A stretch of DNA of 64,000 nt from Rebecca billardiae RCC1528 (Eukaryota; Protista; Haptophyta): the NCBI GenBank assembly GCA_965240325.2, contig OZ251245.1, forward strand, positions 310,001-374,000, in the 5' to 3' direction. Shown here piece after piece: positions 32,410 through 41,503 of the stretch; the stretch's first letter is position 1, and each line of letters opens with the position of its first letter. Under the pieces are notes generated by a model. It was not told the DNA's origin and made no database searches. It was given only the letters and a program-made list of their open reading frames with translations. A program made the translations under genes and the position numbers.

Positions 32410-33755
32410 GGGTGAAAATCCCATTTTATGGCCTGTCCGGGCGGAAAATCCGGCTGCTCAGATCTGACCGGACCGGGACCCGGACAGCACAGTATCTAGG
32501 GACCAGACACTTTTACATCTCAGTTCTCTTCGGATTTGAGCATGGGGCGGCGCCCCATTTGCACAGTCAAAAGACCGCGGGTGTAAAAGCAACCGTTGTC
32601 GAGTTCGATGTAGCGGCAGGGCGAATTAGTGAATTAAAAAAACAATTCACGAGACACTTGCGCCCACGGCCACGGCCGCGATGGCGTGCGCCGTCCACCC
32701 ACGACGGAGTCGTGGACGGACATCGCTACACAGCCTACGCGACAGGCGTTGTCGTGATCGAGGTGCCCGTGCCCGTTGTCGATAGCCAAACGATTGGCAC
32801 GACGACCTGGCACCACATCCGCGTCAAGCGCGGCGAGGCCGTGGTCCAGCGCGTGTGCGGCAAGCTGGCCGATGTGCGGACGGCGTCGGGTGGCGCAGGG
32901 GCTCCTGCCGATGCTACCTGGCGGCTGCTGCGGGGCCTGCTGCCGTGGTCGAGCCTGAGGCAGAGGGTGAGTCAACCGCGGAGCAGCTCAACGCTTCCGA
33001 GATCGAGCTGCGCGCGGTCGGACCAGATGACGGCCCGCGGCCGTCCAAGCGCACACGCAAGGACGCCTGAGCACACGCGTTCAGTCCGAGCAAAGCCTGG
33101 TCGGCGTACGAGCGCGAGCCAGCTCAGACACGGCACGAGCGCACGCGTGACGGCTCGTACGATGAGCTCGTCGGCTTGGTCATCGGGCTGCTGTCGCTCG
33201 TCGCCTCGCTTGTCACGTCACACTCAGCTGAGCAGAGACATCACTCCCGCCGTTCAGCTGATCGACGAGGACGAGGCGGCCAAGGCGGCGGCGGCTCAAA
33301 CGCCTGGAGGAGGAGCGCAGGAGGAGGATGAGCTCCCAGCGCTGAGCCTGTGGGGCCGCGCCGAGGCCAGGCACCGCGGCCAGCGGCTGCAGTCGCGGGT
33401 AGCTGCCGGACAGCAGCTCGGCGGCACACGCTCACTCATACGTCGATCCTCTTGCTCGAGAGTCGAGGCGGCGGGCAAGGTGCAGGCCGCACGCGAGCTT
33501 GCTGAGCGTGCGCAGGCCGAGCCGCAGCTGAGCCCCGAGGGTGCTCGGGACGCCGCGTGCGCAAGCAGGCCGCCTCGCAGCACTTGGTGCTTCGCATAAT
33601 AACTACGCGCTGATACTACTACCCGAAAAAATTTCTTCGCACTGCGTGCGCTTTATTCCGTCCCTTTATTATTTTATTCCTTATTCGCGTATGAAATGCC
33701 GCTTTTCCGCCTCCCCAGTGCGGAAGTGCGCCAGAAAATGGGAATTCCGCCACCC
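32410..33755. mobile_element. 1.35 kb non-autonomous TIR element (GGG ends, Mutator-like) inserted in (GA)n
   Basis: Left GGGTG-AAAA-TCCCATTTTATGGC; right reverse complement GGGTG-GCGGAAT-TCCCATTTTCTGGC; (GA)n on both flanks. Confidence 0.7.
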
Positions 33756-34061
33756 GAGAGAGAGAGAGACGAGAGAGAGAGAGAGTCGTAGATCGATGAG
33801 ATATTATTCCGCCTACTATATATATATGTAGCTGCTGATAGTAGCTCCGCTGCCGACCACGCGTTATATATGATACATATATGGCGGCGGATGTGCTGCT
33901 GTCGTATGCGCCCACTGAATCGGACCGGCGTCTGCAGGGCCGCGGTGGCGATGACGACATCACGACAATCGGCATCGTCGTCATCGTCGTCACTCCCGCG
34001 AGCACGCGATCACGCATCGCGCGCACGCAGCCGCTGCATGGCGCGCGGGCGACACTGCTCA

Positions 34062-36791
34062 TCACGCTGCTGATGACGATGCTGCCGCCGCCTTCGCGCG
34101 CGCCTCGCCGCCGCTGCCGGCGCGTGGCGCGGACCGTGCCATTTCCAGGGCGAGCCTCGCCTCGTACCGCGCGTACACGCCCGCAATGTCGCGCGCGACG
34201 CCGCGCCACATGTCCGCCTCGCGCGGCTTGCGCGCGCAGAACCGAGCGAGCAGCGGCTCGAGCGCGCCCGCCTGCACCGCCTCCGCCCGGAGCACGCGGC
34301 CAAAGCCCGTGCAGCCCTTGAGCCTGAGGCGCAGGTCACGTGGCAGCCAGCACGGCGCGCGCACGGGCCGCCCGCCGCCGGCGATCCCGCGCCACTGCGC
34401 GCCGAGCAGCCGGGTGAGCCGCTCCCTGTGGTAGTCGTGCCACCGCGAGTAAGCCGTCTTTGCGGCCGCGACGCCTGGCGTGAGAGTGAGCTCGCCAATC
34501 ACCGGCCCGCCGTCCGCGACGAACACGTCGACGCGAGAGAACGCGCCAAAGGCGGCGCCGAGCGTGCTCGCGAGCTCGAGCGCCGCGCGCATGCCCGCCC
34601 TTGACACGTGGCTGGGCAGCTCGAGCGGCGGCGGGCGCGCGGCGGCCGCCGAGCCGGCCAAAGTGCCGTTGGCCACGCTGCCGTTGGGCCAAGTGTATCG
34701 CAGCTGCGCATCGACTTCATAGCACTCCCAAGCCCAGCCGCCGTCGTCGGCCGCGTCGGGTGGGGCGTCACCGGCGGCGCGTGGTGCAGCGAAGCGCTGC
34801 GCGACCGGGGCGCTCGTCTGGAGAGCGCGGGGCGGTTCGCCAGCGCCGGACGCGTTGCCGGCGCCGCCGTGCGGAGCGCGCGCCCGCGCGGCAGACACCG
34901 CCCCGATCGGGGGCGCCGCGGCCGCGCCGCCGCGCGTGCAGCCCTGGTCTGTGAGCTCGCACGGCACGCACTGCGCAAAGTTGCCGCTCGAGTGTGCGCG
35001 GTCGACGAAGGTGCCGTCGTCGCGCTGCACAGTCGGGATCTCGACGAGCACGATGTCCGAGCCGAAGGTGAAGAGCTTGAGCTCGACCGGCGCGAGCACG
35101 GCGGGCAGCCCGGCCGCTGCCTTCAGCGATCGCCTCCCGCCGCCCTCGGCGCGCCGCGCCGGCGGCGCCGAGCCGGCCGCGCGGACCGCCGGTGGATCCG
35201 CGCGCTCAGTGGGCGCAGCGCGCTCGGGCGCTGCGGCGGGCGGCTGCCGGGCCGGCGCCCCGCGCGCGTCCGGCTGGGGCACGCGCCGCGGGCGCAGCGT
35301 CTCAGGCACCACGGCATGCTCGATGATAAAGATCTCATGACGGTCCGCGCGCGAGCGCTCGTCTGGCAGCAGTGAGCGGACTCGGACCTCGCCGCTGCGC
35401 GCGCGGCACAGCAGGTGCGGAGGGCTGGACGCGACCATCAGCTTGGCCAGCTCGTGCACGTGCATGGCGTCGAACGCGTCGGCGATCGCCGAGACGTTGG
35501 ACGGCCTGCCGCTGAACGCCTCGTGCCCGGCGTGCATAATAAAAACCTCCCGAGCGTGGTGCCCGCGCGCGCGCTTCACCACGTAATCGCCCACTGCGAA
35601 CGTTGACGCGGCTTCGGCCGTGGGCTCGCGGGCGAAGAAGCGGAGCGCGGGCGTGCCGCGCGCGCAGTGCAGCCAGCGCGTCGTGTGCACACCGAGCGCC
35701 GAGAGCACGTGGTGGCTGCCCACCTTCATCTCGAGCAGCCGCATCCATGACGTATCCTCGTGCGCGGAGAAGGCGCGCGTGCCCTCAGTCCGAACGGGCA
35801 GCAGCCACGGCGCGCGCCGCGCGAGATTGCGATCTCGTCGCGTCTTCGAGCGGCGCGTGCGCGGTCGGTAGGTGGGCAGAGAGATGGGGCGCGCCTCGGG
35901 GCCCGGGGCCCCGAACGAGCGCGAGCGCGCGCGCAGCGCGTCCCACTCCGACGGGCCCCACTCCGCCGCTTCCGAGTCGGCATCGCCGCCCCAGCCCTCC
36001 TCGCCAGAGGCACCGCCCCTCGCGCGAGGCGCGCCCAAGCCCAGCCTCGGAGCAGGGGCACGCTGTGCCGACATCCTGGCGGCGGCGAGACGCCGCCTCG
36101 GCATCGCGGGCGGGCGCACGTCGGCCTCGCTAAGGCCCTCGCCGGCGATCGGCCGCGACGCGGCGTGACGCTCCGGAGCGTGGCCGGGGCCTGTTCCACG
36201 CGACGCGGGAGCGGGCCGCGAGTAATCATCGGGCCTCGAGTCAGAATCATGCGGACTCCGAGCGGGCGGCTCCGGCTCCAATGGGATGGCCTCCGCCTCA
36301 GGAGGGCACGGCGCGAGCTCGAGGGCGTGGGCTTTATGGCCGCTGGGCGCGTCCGACGTCGCCTCCTCCGTCTCGTCGAGCACCTCGTCCAGCGACGCCA
36401 GCGGCTGACTAGACTGAGCGGCGCTCGCCTTGCCGCGAGCGCCCAGACCTGCGCGCTGCTGCCTCCCGAGCAGAGGGACGTATCGCTCCTCCCAATGTCT
36501 CAGCCTGGACGAGCTGGAGCGCCTGTACATGGCCGCGCCGGAGAGCCTGTACATGGAGAAGAGGTCCCAAGACAGCCTGCGCGCCGCCAGCCCCTCGAGC
36601 AGCGTGGCAGGCTGCCAAGAACACACCTTCGGCGCGCTCTCGCAAAAGGCCGCGCCGTCCGCGGCACGCGGCAAGGGGCGGTCGGGGGCGATGGCGTAGA
36701 CGGGCGCAGCGGCGGGTGCGGGGTCGCTCGGCGTGCCGCCCTGCGCGTGCGCAGCTGCGGCCGTCGCCAGCAAAAGTGCCACCATCAGCAT
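34062..36791 (-). CDS. Secreted protein with a TupA-like ATP-grasp domain
   Basis: Signal MLMVALLLATAAAAHA; YVVK..GH, IIEH, ELKLFTFG and FSRVDVF...VIGELTLTPG, separated by low-complexity inserts. Confidence 0.65.
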   Translation of the reverse strand: MLMVALLLATAAAAHAQGGTPSDPAPAAAPVYAIAPDRPLPRAADGAAFCESAPKVCSWQPATLLEGLAARRLSWDLFSMYRLSGAAMYRRSSSSRLRHWEERYVPLLGRQQRAGLGARGKASAAQSSQPLASLDEVLDETEEATSDAPSGHKAHALELAPCPPEAEAIPLEPEPPARSPHDSDSRPDDYSRPAPASRGTGPGHAPERHAASRPIAGEGLSEADVRPPAMPRRRLAAARMSAQRAPAPRLGLGAPRARGGASGEEGWGGDADSEAAEWGPSEWDALRARSRSFGAPGPEARPISLPTYRPRTRRSKTRRDRNLARRAPWLLPVRTEGTRAFSAHEDTSWMRLLEMKVGSHHVLSALGVHTTRWLHCARGTPALRFFAREPTAEAASTFAVGDYVVKRARGHHAREVFIMHAGHEAFSGRPSNVSAIADAFDAMHVHELAKLMVASSPPHLLCRARSGEVRVRSLLPDERSRADRHEIFIIEHAVVPETLRPRRVPQPDARGAPARQPPAAAPERAAPTERADPPAVRAAGSAPPARRAEGGGRRSLKAAAGLPAVLAPVELKLFTFGSDIVLVEIPTVQRDDGTFVDRAHSSGNFAQCVPCELTDQGCTRGGAAAAPPIGAVSAARARAPHGGAGNASGAGEPPRALQTSAPVAQRFAAPRAAGDAPPDAADDGGWAWECYEVDAQLRYTWPNGSVANGTLAGSAAAARPPPLELPSHVSRAGMRAALELASTLGAAFGAFSRVDVFVADGGPVIGELTLTPGVAAAKTAYSRWHDYHRERLTRLLGAQWRGIAGGGRPVRAPCWLPRDLRLRLKGCTGFGRVLRAEAVQAGALEPLLARFCARKPREADMWRGVARDIAGVYARYEARLALEMARSAPRAGSGGEARAKAAAASSSAA

Positions 36792-37176
36792 GTGATCGGC
36801 CCGACGTCGTCGCAAATCGTCGGCCGTCATCCTGCCGACCGCCGTGGTCAACGTCGTCGAGCACGCCCACTCGCCGAGCGGAGATACTGTAGGAGCGTCC
36901 TCCGAGGCGTCTGCCGCCAGATGCCCTGCTCTCCGACACGCTGCGGCCCGCGCGCGCGGACGCGTCGCCCCCGCTTGCGATCGGCGCAGACGGAGGTCGG
37001 CGTCTGCGCGTCTTTGCCCAGCAGGCCGGACCAGGTGGTTGAGTGCTCAACGACTCCCACCGGCCACGGCGGATGCACACTGAACACGCTCACTGCCGAC
37101 CGTCTTCATTCAGTACCTGACAATAGATAGCTCATCACACAACTGCAAGGTTGATAGTAGTACTAGTACTACTACG

Positions 37177-38223
37177 CTATTGCGCGTTGGCCTTGGGCAT
37201 CAGCGCGATGCCACGCTCCTCCAGCAGATGCGCGCTCATCGCCCAGACGCGCGCGCCGAGCGACTCGAGCGCCGGGCCGGGCTGAGCCCAAGGGTGCTCG
37301 GGCGTGTGCACTCGGACGCCCGCCTCGGCACGCGCCGGGACCACATACTGGCCGTGCACCGCGCTGCGCTCGACATCGTCTGCGAGGGCACACCACAGCT
37401 GCGGCAGGCTCCCGCGCTGCACGTCGAGCCCGACGAAGAGCCGGCGCACGCGCACAAACGCGCCCACGAGCAGCGCGAGCAGCGGGTGCAGCCCCTTGTA
37501 GGTCTCCCTGAGGATGCCCGTCGCGACGATGCCCGGGTGCACACTGTTGGAGTGGAGCGCGCGGCCGCAGATGGCGGGCAGGGCGCCCGCGCGCGCGCGC
37601 CGGTCGAGCTCGGTGGCGAAGGCGAGCTGCGCGAGCTTGGCGATGCCGTAGCGGCCCATCAGGTCTGCGCTCGTGCGCATGTGCTCGCTCGATGCGAGCC
37701 ACGCGGCCGCCGTCGCCGGCTCGAGCCAGCCAGCATCCAGCGGCGCGCGCCGGTTCGCCCGAGAGCTCACGTGCACGATGCGCGCGGCGCGGCGTGCGGG
37801 CTGCTGGCCGGCGCCACGGCCGATCGCCGGGAGCAGCGCGAGCGTGAGCGCAAAGTGCGCCAGGTGGTTCACCACGAACGTCTCCTCGAGATCGCCCGGC
37901 CACACGAGCGACGGCCGGCCGCCGCGGAAGACGGTCGAGACGCCGCCGTTGTTCACGAGGATGTCCAGCACGTCGAAGCGGCGTTCGAACTCGTCGACGA
38001 AGCTCCGCACCGTCCGCAGGTCCGCGAGATCCAAGTGGATGACCGTCGCCGACGCGAGCTGTGCCGCGACTGCCTCGCCTTTCGCGAGGTCACGGCACGC
38101 GAGCACGACATGCGCGCCGCGCCGATCGAGCTGCTTGGCCGTCTCAAGCCCCAGGCCGGACGTCGGCCCCGTGACGACCGCCACGCACCCGTGAAGGTCG
38201 GCGTCTTCCAACCAGGACGGCAT
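37177..38223 (-). CDS. Short-chain dehydrogenase/reductase (retinol dehydrogenase/WWOX-like)
   Basis: VTGPTSGLG, DLADL, LVNNGG, VNHLAHF, YGIAK, VHPG. Confidence 0.92.
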   Translation of the reverse strand: MPSWLEDADLHGCVAVVTGPTSGLGLETAKQLDRRGAHVVLACRDLAKGEAVAAQLASATVIHLDLADLRTVRSFVDEFERRFDVLDILVNNGGVSTVFRGGRPSLVWPGDLEETFVVNHLAHFALTLALLPAIGRGAGQQPARRAARIVHVSSRANRRAPLDAGWLEPATAAAWLASSEHMRTSADLMGRYGIAKLAQLAFATELDRRARAGALPAICGRALHSNSVHPGIVATGILRETYKGLHPLLALLVGAFVRVRRLFVGLDVQRGSLPQLWCALADDVERSAVHGQYVVPARAEAGVRVHTPEHPWAQPGPALESLGARVWAMSAHLLEERGIALMPKANAQ

Positions 38224-38383
38224 CGAACGATCAGCGAGCGGAGCGGCCGCGAGCGTCGCGTTCGCGTCGTCCTGGTGGCCGCACTCGGCGCTCCCGGTCG
38301 CGAGCGATGATCTGTAGATCGGACTTGCGTCGACGCGGCGGTCCAAGTTGGCGGAAGACGTCCATCAGAGCCGCAAGATCACG

Positions 38384-39367
38384 ATGGCGTCGTGGCGCGC
38401 GACGCTCGCGTGCGTCCTCGCGGCGGTCACGTCCACGTCAGCCGCGCGGGTCGACTTCGTTGTTGCACACTGCCACGAACCAGCTGAGTGGCTCGCGGAT
38501 GCGCGCGACGGGCTGCTCGAGGGGGCGCCTGGCACGAGCATCGCGCTGCGCATCTACGAGAAGTGCGAGGATGCGCGCGCCCCGCAGTACCCCGTGGATG
38601 GCTGGGCCTCGGTGACGTACACCTACCTGCCCAACAAGGGCGAGGAGTGCCTCGCGTACCTGACGCACATCGTGGGCGCGTACAAGAACGACTCCATCGC
38701 CGATTACACCGTCTTCTTCCAGGGGGACTCCGTCGTGCAGGGGCGGTACGTTCGGGACGCGCTGAGAGAGTTTGGCTTTTCCGTGGTGTCCATCTCGGCG
38801 AAAGACGAGTGGCGCTCCCTCAACGACCACCAGTACATCGCGCAGGGCGAGAGCGACGAGGCGTGCGCCGGGAAGATCAACTGCATGTCGTCCCAAGGGC
38901 CCGACTTCGCCGAATGCCTCGGCGAGATGTGGCTGCATCTCGGCATCGGCCCGAGGCCGCCTGTGATTGCCGTCTTTGCAAACGCGCAGTTCGGCGTCTC
39001 CGCGGATCGCGTGCTCGCGCGCCCCGTCTCGTTCTACGAGGACCTGCTCGCCGAGTTCAACAGGCCCTCCGACGTCGAGTGCTTCAAGCTGTACGGCCCC
39101 AAGGGGCGGCCATACCGCGGCACCTGCGCCCTCCTCGAGTACATGTGGCCGGCCATCTTTGGTGAGGCGGCCGAGCTGGATCCGGCGCACACCATGCGGC
39201 ACGAGTACGGCACCAAGACCGTCAACAACGTGATGAAGAACTTGCGGCGTCACGCAGAGCAGGGTGCTGCGCAGGAGGCGCGCGACGGGCAGAGCGATGG
39301 CGCGCGCGAAATGTCGGTGGCGGCTGCCGGCACCGACAGCAGCGCGAGCAGCAAGGACGAACTGTGA
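38384..39367 (+). CDS. DUF3431-like secreted protein
   Basis: Signal peptide; VVAHCHE...W, IYEK, LPNKGEE..AYLTHIV, VFFQG, AQFGVS..RV..RP..FY, LEYMW..IFG. Confidence 0.8.
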   Translation: MASWRATLACVLAAVTSTSAARVDFVVAHCHEPAEWLADARDGLLEGAPGTSIALRIYEKCEDARAPQYPVDGWASVTYTYLPNKGEECLAYLTHIVGAYKNDSIADYTVFFQGDSVVQGRYVRDALREFGFSVVSISAKDEWRSLNDHQYIAQGESDEACAGKINCMSSQGPDFAECLGEMWLHLGIGPRPPVIAVFANAQFGVSADRVLARPVSFYEDLLAEFNRPSDVECFKLYGPKGRPYRGTCALLEYMWPAIFGEAAELDPAHTMRHEYGTKTVNNVMKNLRRHAEQGAAQEARDGQSDGAREMSVAAAGTDSSASSKDEL

Positions 39368-39771
39368 GTGCGGTGAGCTCGTGCCGCTGCGTGATGACTT
39401 CGACGGCACCGTGCTGTGACTGGCTGTGACATGAGATCCGGCCGGCGCCGAAGGACGCGTGTCGAGCCTGCTGCGGCACTTTCCGCGCCGGCAGGGTAAT
39501 ACAGTGCGCTCGGCGCTCGGCATTCCGGGACGATATCGAGTCGTCGTCGTGACGTTGTCGTCATCAGTCTTAGAGCAGCCCCTGATACCCGAATTGCTGT
39601 GGGTACAGACACAGTAGAACGTTTTTTCCGGCGGCGCTACCATCGGCGACGGCTTCATGGGCGGTGACAGTTGGCGGGCGTCAATCTCGCCTGCCTGAGC
39701 TGTACATGTGCGTCTCTTATTCTTAGTAAACTGTACCCGGGAGCCTCAGCAAATTAACGCTCAGCATTTTC

Positions 39772-41220
39772 ATGGCGGACGCTTCCGCGGCGGTCGGGCT
39801 CCTCTGGCGCAAGTCGGCGCGCGGCGACGCGCGTGCGACGTTCCTTCTGGCGCGGCGGGTTGAGGATGGCGACGGCATCGCGCAGGACGAGCGCGAAGCC
39901 TTCCGCCTGTACGCCCTCGCCGCTGAGCGCGGCCTCGCCGAGGCGCAGGCGAGAATGGGCTACATCTGCAGGATAGGCAAACTTGGACAGCCCGTGGACT
40001 TCGAGGCAGCCGCGCGCTGGTACCGGCTGGGGGCCGACCAGGGCTATGCTCCAGCGCAGTGCATTCTGGGCTCGTGCTACGAGCAAGGCAAGGGTGTGCC
40101 GCAGGACTGGGGCCAGGCTGCGCGCTGGTACCGGCTGGCGGCTGAGCAGGGCTATGCAGGCGCGCAGTACAACTGGGCCAATTGCTACGAGTATGGCAGG
40201 GGTGTGCAGCAGGATAGGGGCGAGGCACTGCGCTGGTACCGGCTGGCGGCCGACCAGGGCAACGCTCAAGCGCAGACCAACCTGGGCGCGTTCTACGCAC
40301 ATGGCGATCGCGTGCCGCAGGATCTGGGCGAGGCGGCGCGCTGGTTCCGGCTGGCGGCCGAGCAGGGCATTGCTGAAGCGCAGTTCAATTTGGGCCATTA
40401 CTGCGAGCAGCACGATGGTGTGCAGCAGGTCGGGGGCGAGGCGGTGCGCTGGTACCGGCTGGCGGCCGAGCAGGGCTTCGCTGCGGCGCAGTCAAGCCTT
40501 GGCAATTGCTACGCACACGGCCGGTATGTGCAGCAGGATATGGGCGAGGCAGTGCGCTGGTTCCGGCTGGCGGCCGAGCAGGGCGTTGATCAAGCGCAGT
40601 ACAATCTGGGCATATGCTACGAGCAAGGCGGGGGGGTGGCGCAGGATAGCGGCGAGGCGGTGCCCTGGTTCCGGATGGCGGCCGAGCAGGGCTATGCTCC
40701 AGCGCAGTACAGTTTGGGCCGGTGCTACGCGCAAGGTGAGGGTGTGCAGGAGGATCAAGGCGAAGCGGTGCGCTGGGCCAGGCTGGCTGCTGATGGCGGG
40801 GTCGCATCTGCGCACATCGCGCTGGGAACGATGTCGCTGATGGGTCATGGAGTGGAGCATGACGTGGAGGAGGGCGCGCGGCTGCTGCGCCGTGGCCAAG
40901 AGCTTGATCCCAGCCTCAGAGATGCGGCGTGCCATGCGCTGGCTGATTGTGCTGGCATGCCAGAGGTGGTCTCCCAGTGCTGCATCACCTGCGGACGCAC
41001 GGGCAGTGGCTTGAAGAAGTGTGAGCGGTGCCACGTGGCGGTCTTCTGCTCGCGTGAGCACCTGCGCAGCTCGTGGAAGGTGCACAAGCCCCACTGCGTC
41101 GAGTGGTGCGCAGCACTGGCAGCAGCACGCGGGGAAGCCTCGCCCTCTGCCGTGCGCAGCTCCGCGGGACTCCGCCCGCTAGCGTGTAGTCCCAGCTCAG
41201 CGCAGATCCAAGGGCCGTAG
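39772..41220 (+). CDS. Sel1-repeat protein (10 repeats) with C-terminal MYND zinc finger
   Basis: 36-aa repeats AQ..LG.CY..G.GV.QD..EA.RW.R.AA.QG (108 bp DNA period); CITC...CERC....FCSREH....WKVHKPHC. Confidence 0.92.
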   Translation: MADASAAVGLLWRKSARGDARATFLLARRVEDGDGIAQDEREAFRLYALAAERGLAEAQARMGYICRIGKLGQPVDFEAAARWYRLGADQGYAPAQCILGSCYEQGKGVPQDWGQAARWYRLAAEQGYAGAQYNWANCYEYGRGVQQDRGEALRWYRLAADQGNAQAQTNLGAFYAHGDRVPQDLGEAARWFRLAAEQGIAEAQFNLGHYCEQHDGVQQVGGEAVRWYRLAAEQGFAAAQSSLGNCYAHGRYVQQDMGEAVRWFRLAAEQGVDQAQYNLGICYEQGGGVAQDSGEAVPWFRMAAEQGYAPAQYSLGRCYAQGEGVQEDQGEAVRWARLAADGGVASAHIALGTMSLMGHGVEHDVEEGARLLRRGQELDPSLRDAACHALADCAGMPEVVSQCCITCGRTGSGLKKCERCHVAVFCSREHLRSSWKVHKPHCVEWCAALAAARGEASPSAVRSSAGLRPLACSPSSAQIQGP

Positions 41221-41503
41221 CAGATCGTCCGTCGTACGTAGCGAGTCCCTCAGTAGACTCCATGTACTAGGCCTGTACTGCACTGGCCGACTTATCACAG
41301 CATGAATGCAGCCGCCCGCAAAACGTAACGCCGAATCATCCATACTCGGCATAGTCAAGCCAGCAAGGCCACCGCCGCCGGACGACGAATCAATCAATCA
41401 ATCATATCCGCCTCTCTCAAAAAATCAGCCGCATCATCGATGGCGCGAAAAATCATCGTCGCGTAATAATAAGATCATTTGCGAACGTCGCGTGGCGTCC
41501 AGC

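Noticed and set aside
37177-38223. Retinol dehydrogenase-like SDR as chromophore supplier for the rhodopsin
   Set aside because: 13 kb away with unrelated genes between; this SDR family is large and its substrate cannot be inferred from sequence
39950-40780. 108 bp periodic DNA repeats as a possible non-coding array
   Set aside because: Fully explained by in-frame Sel1 protein repeats
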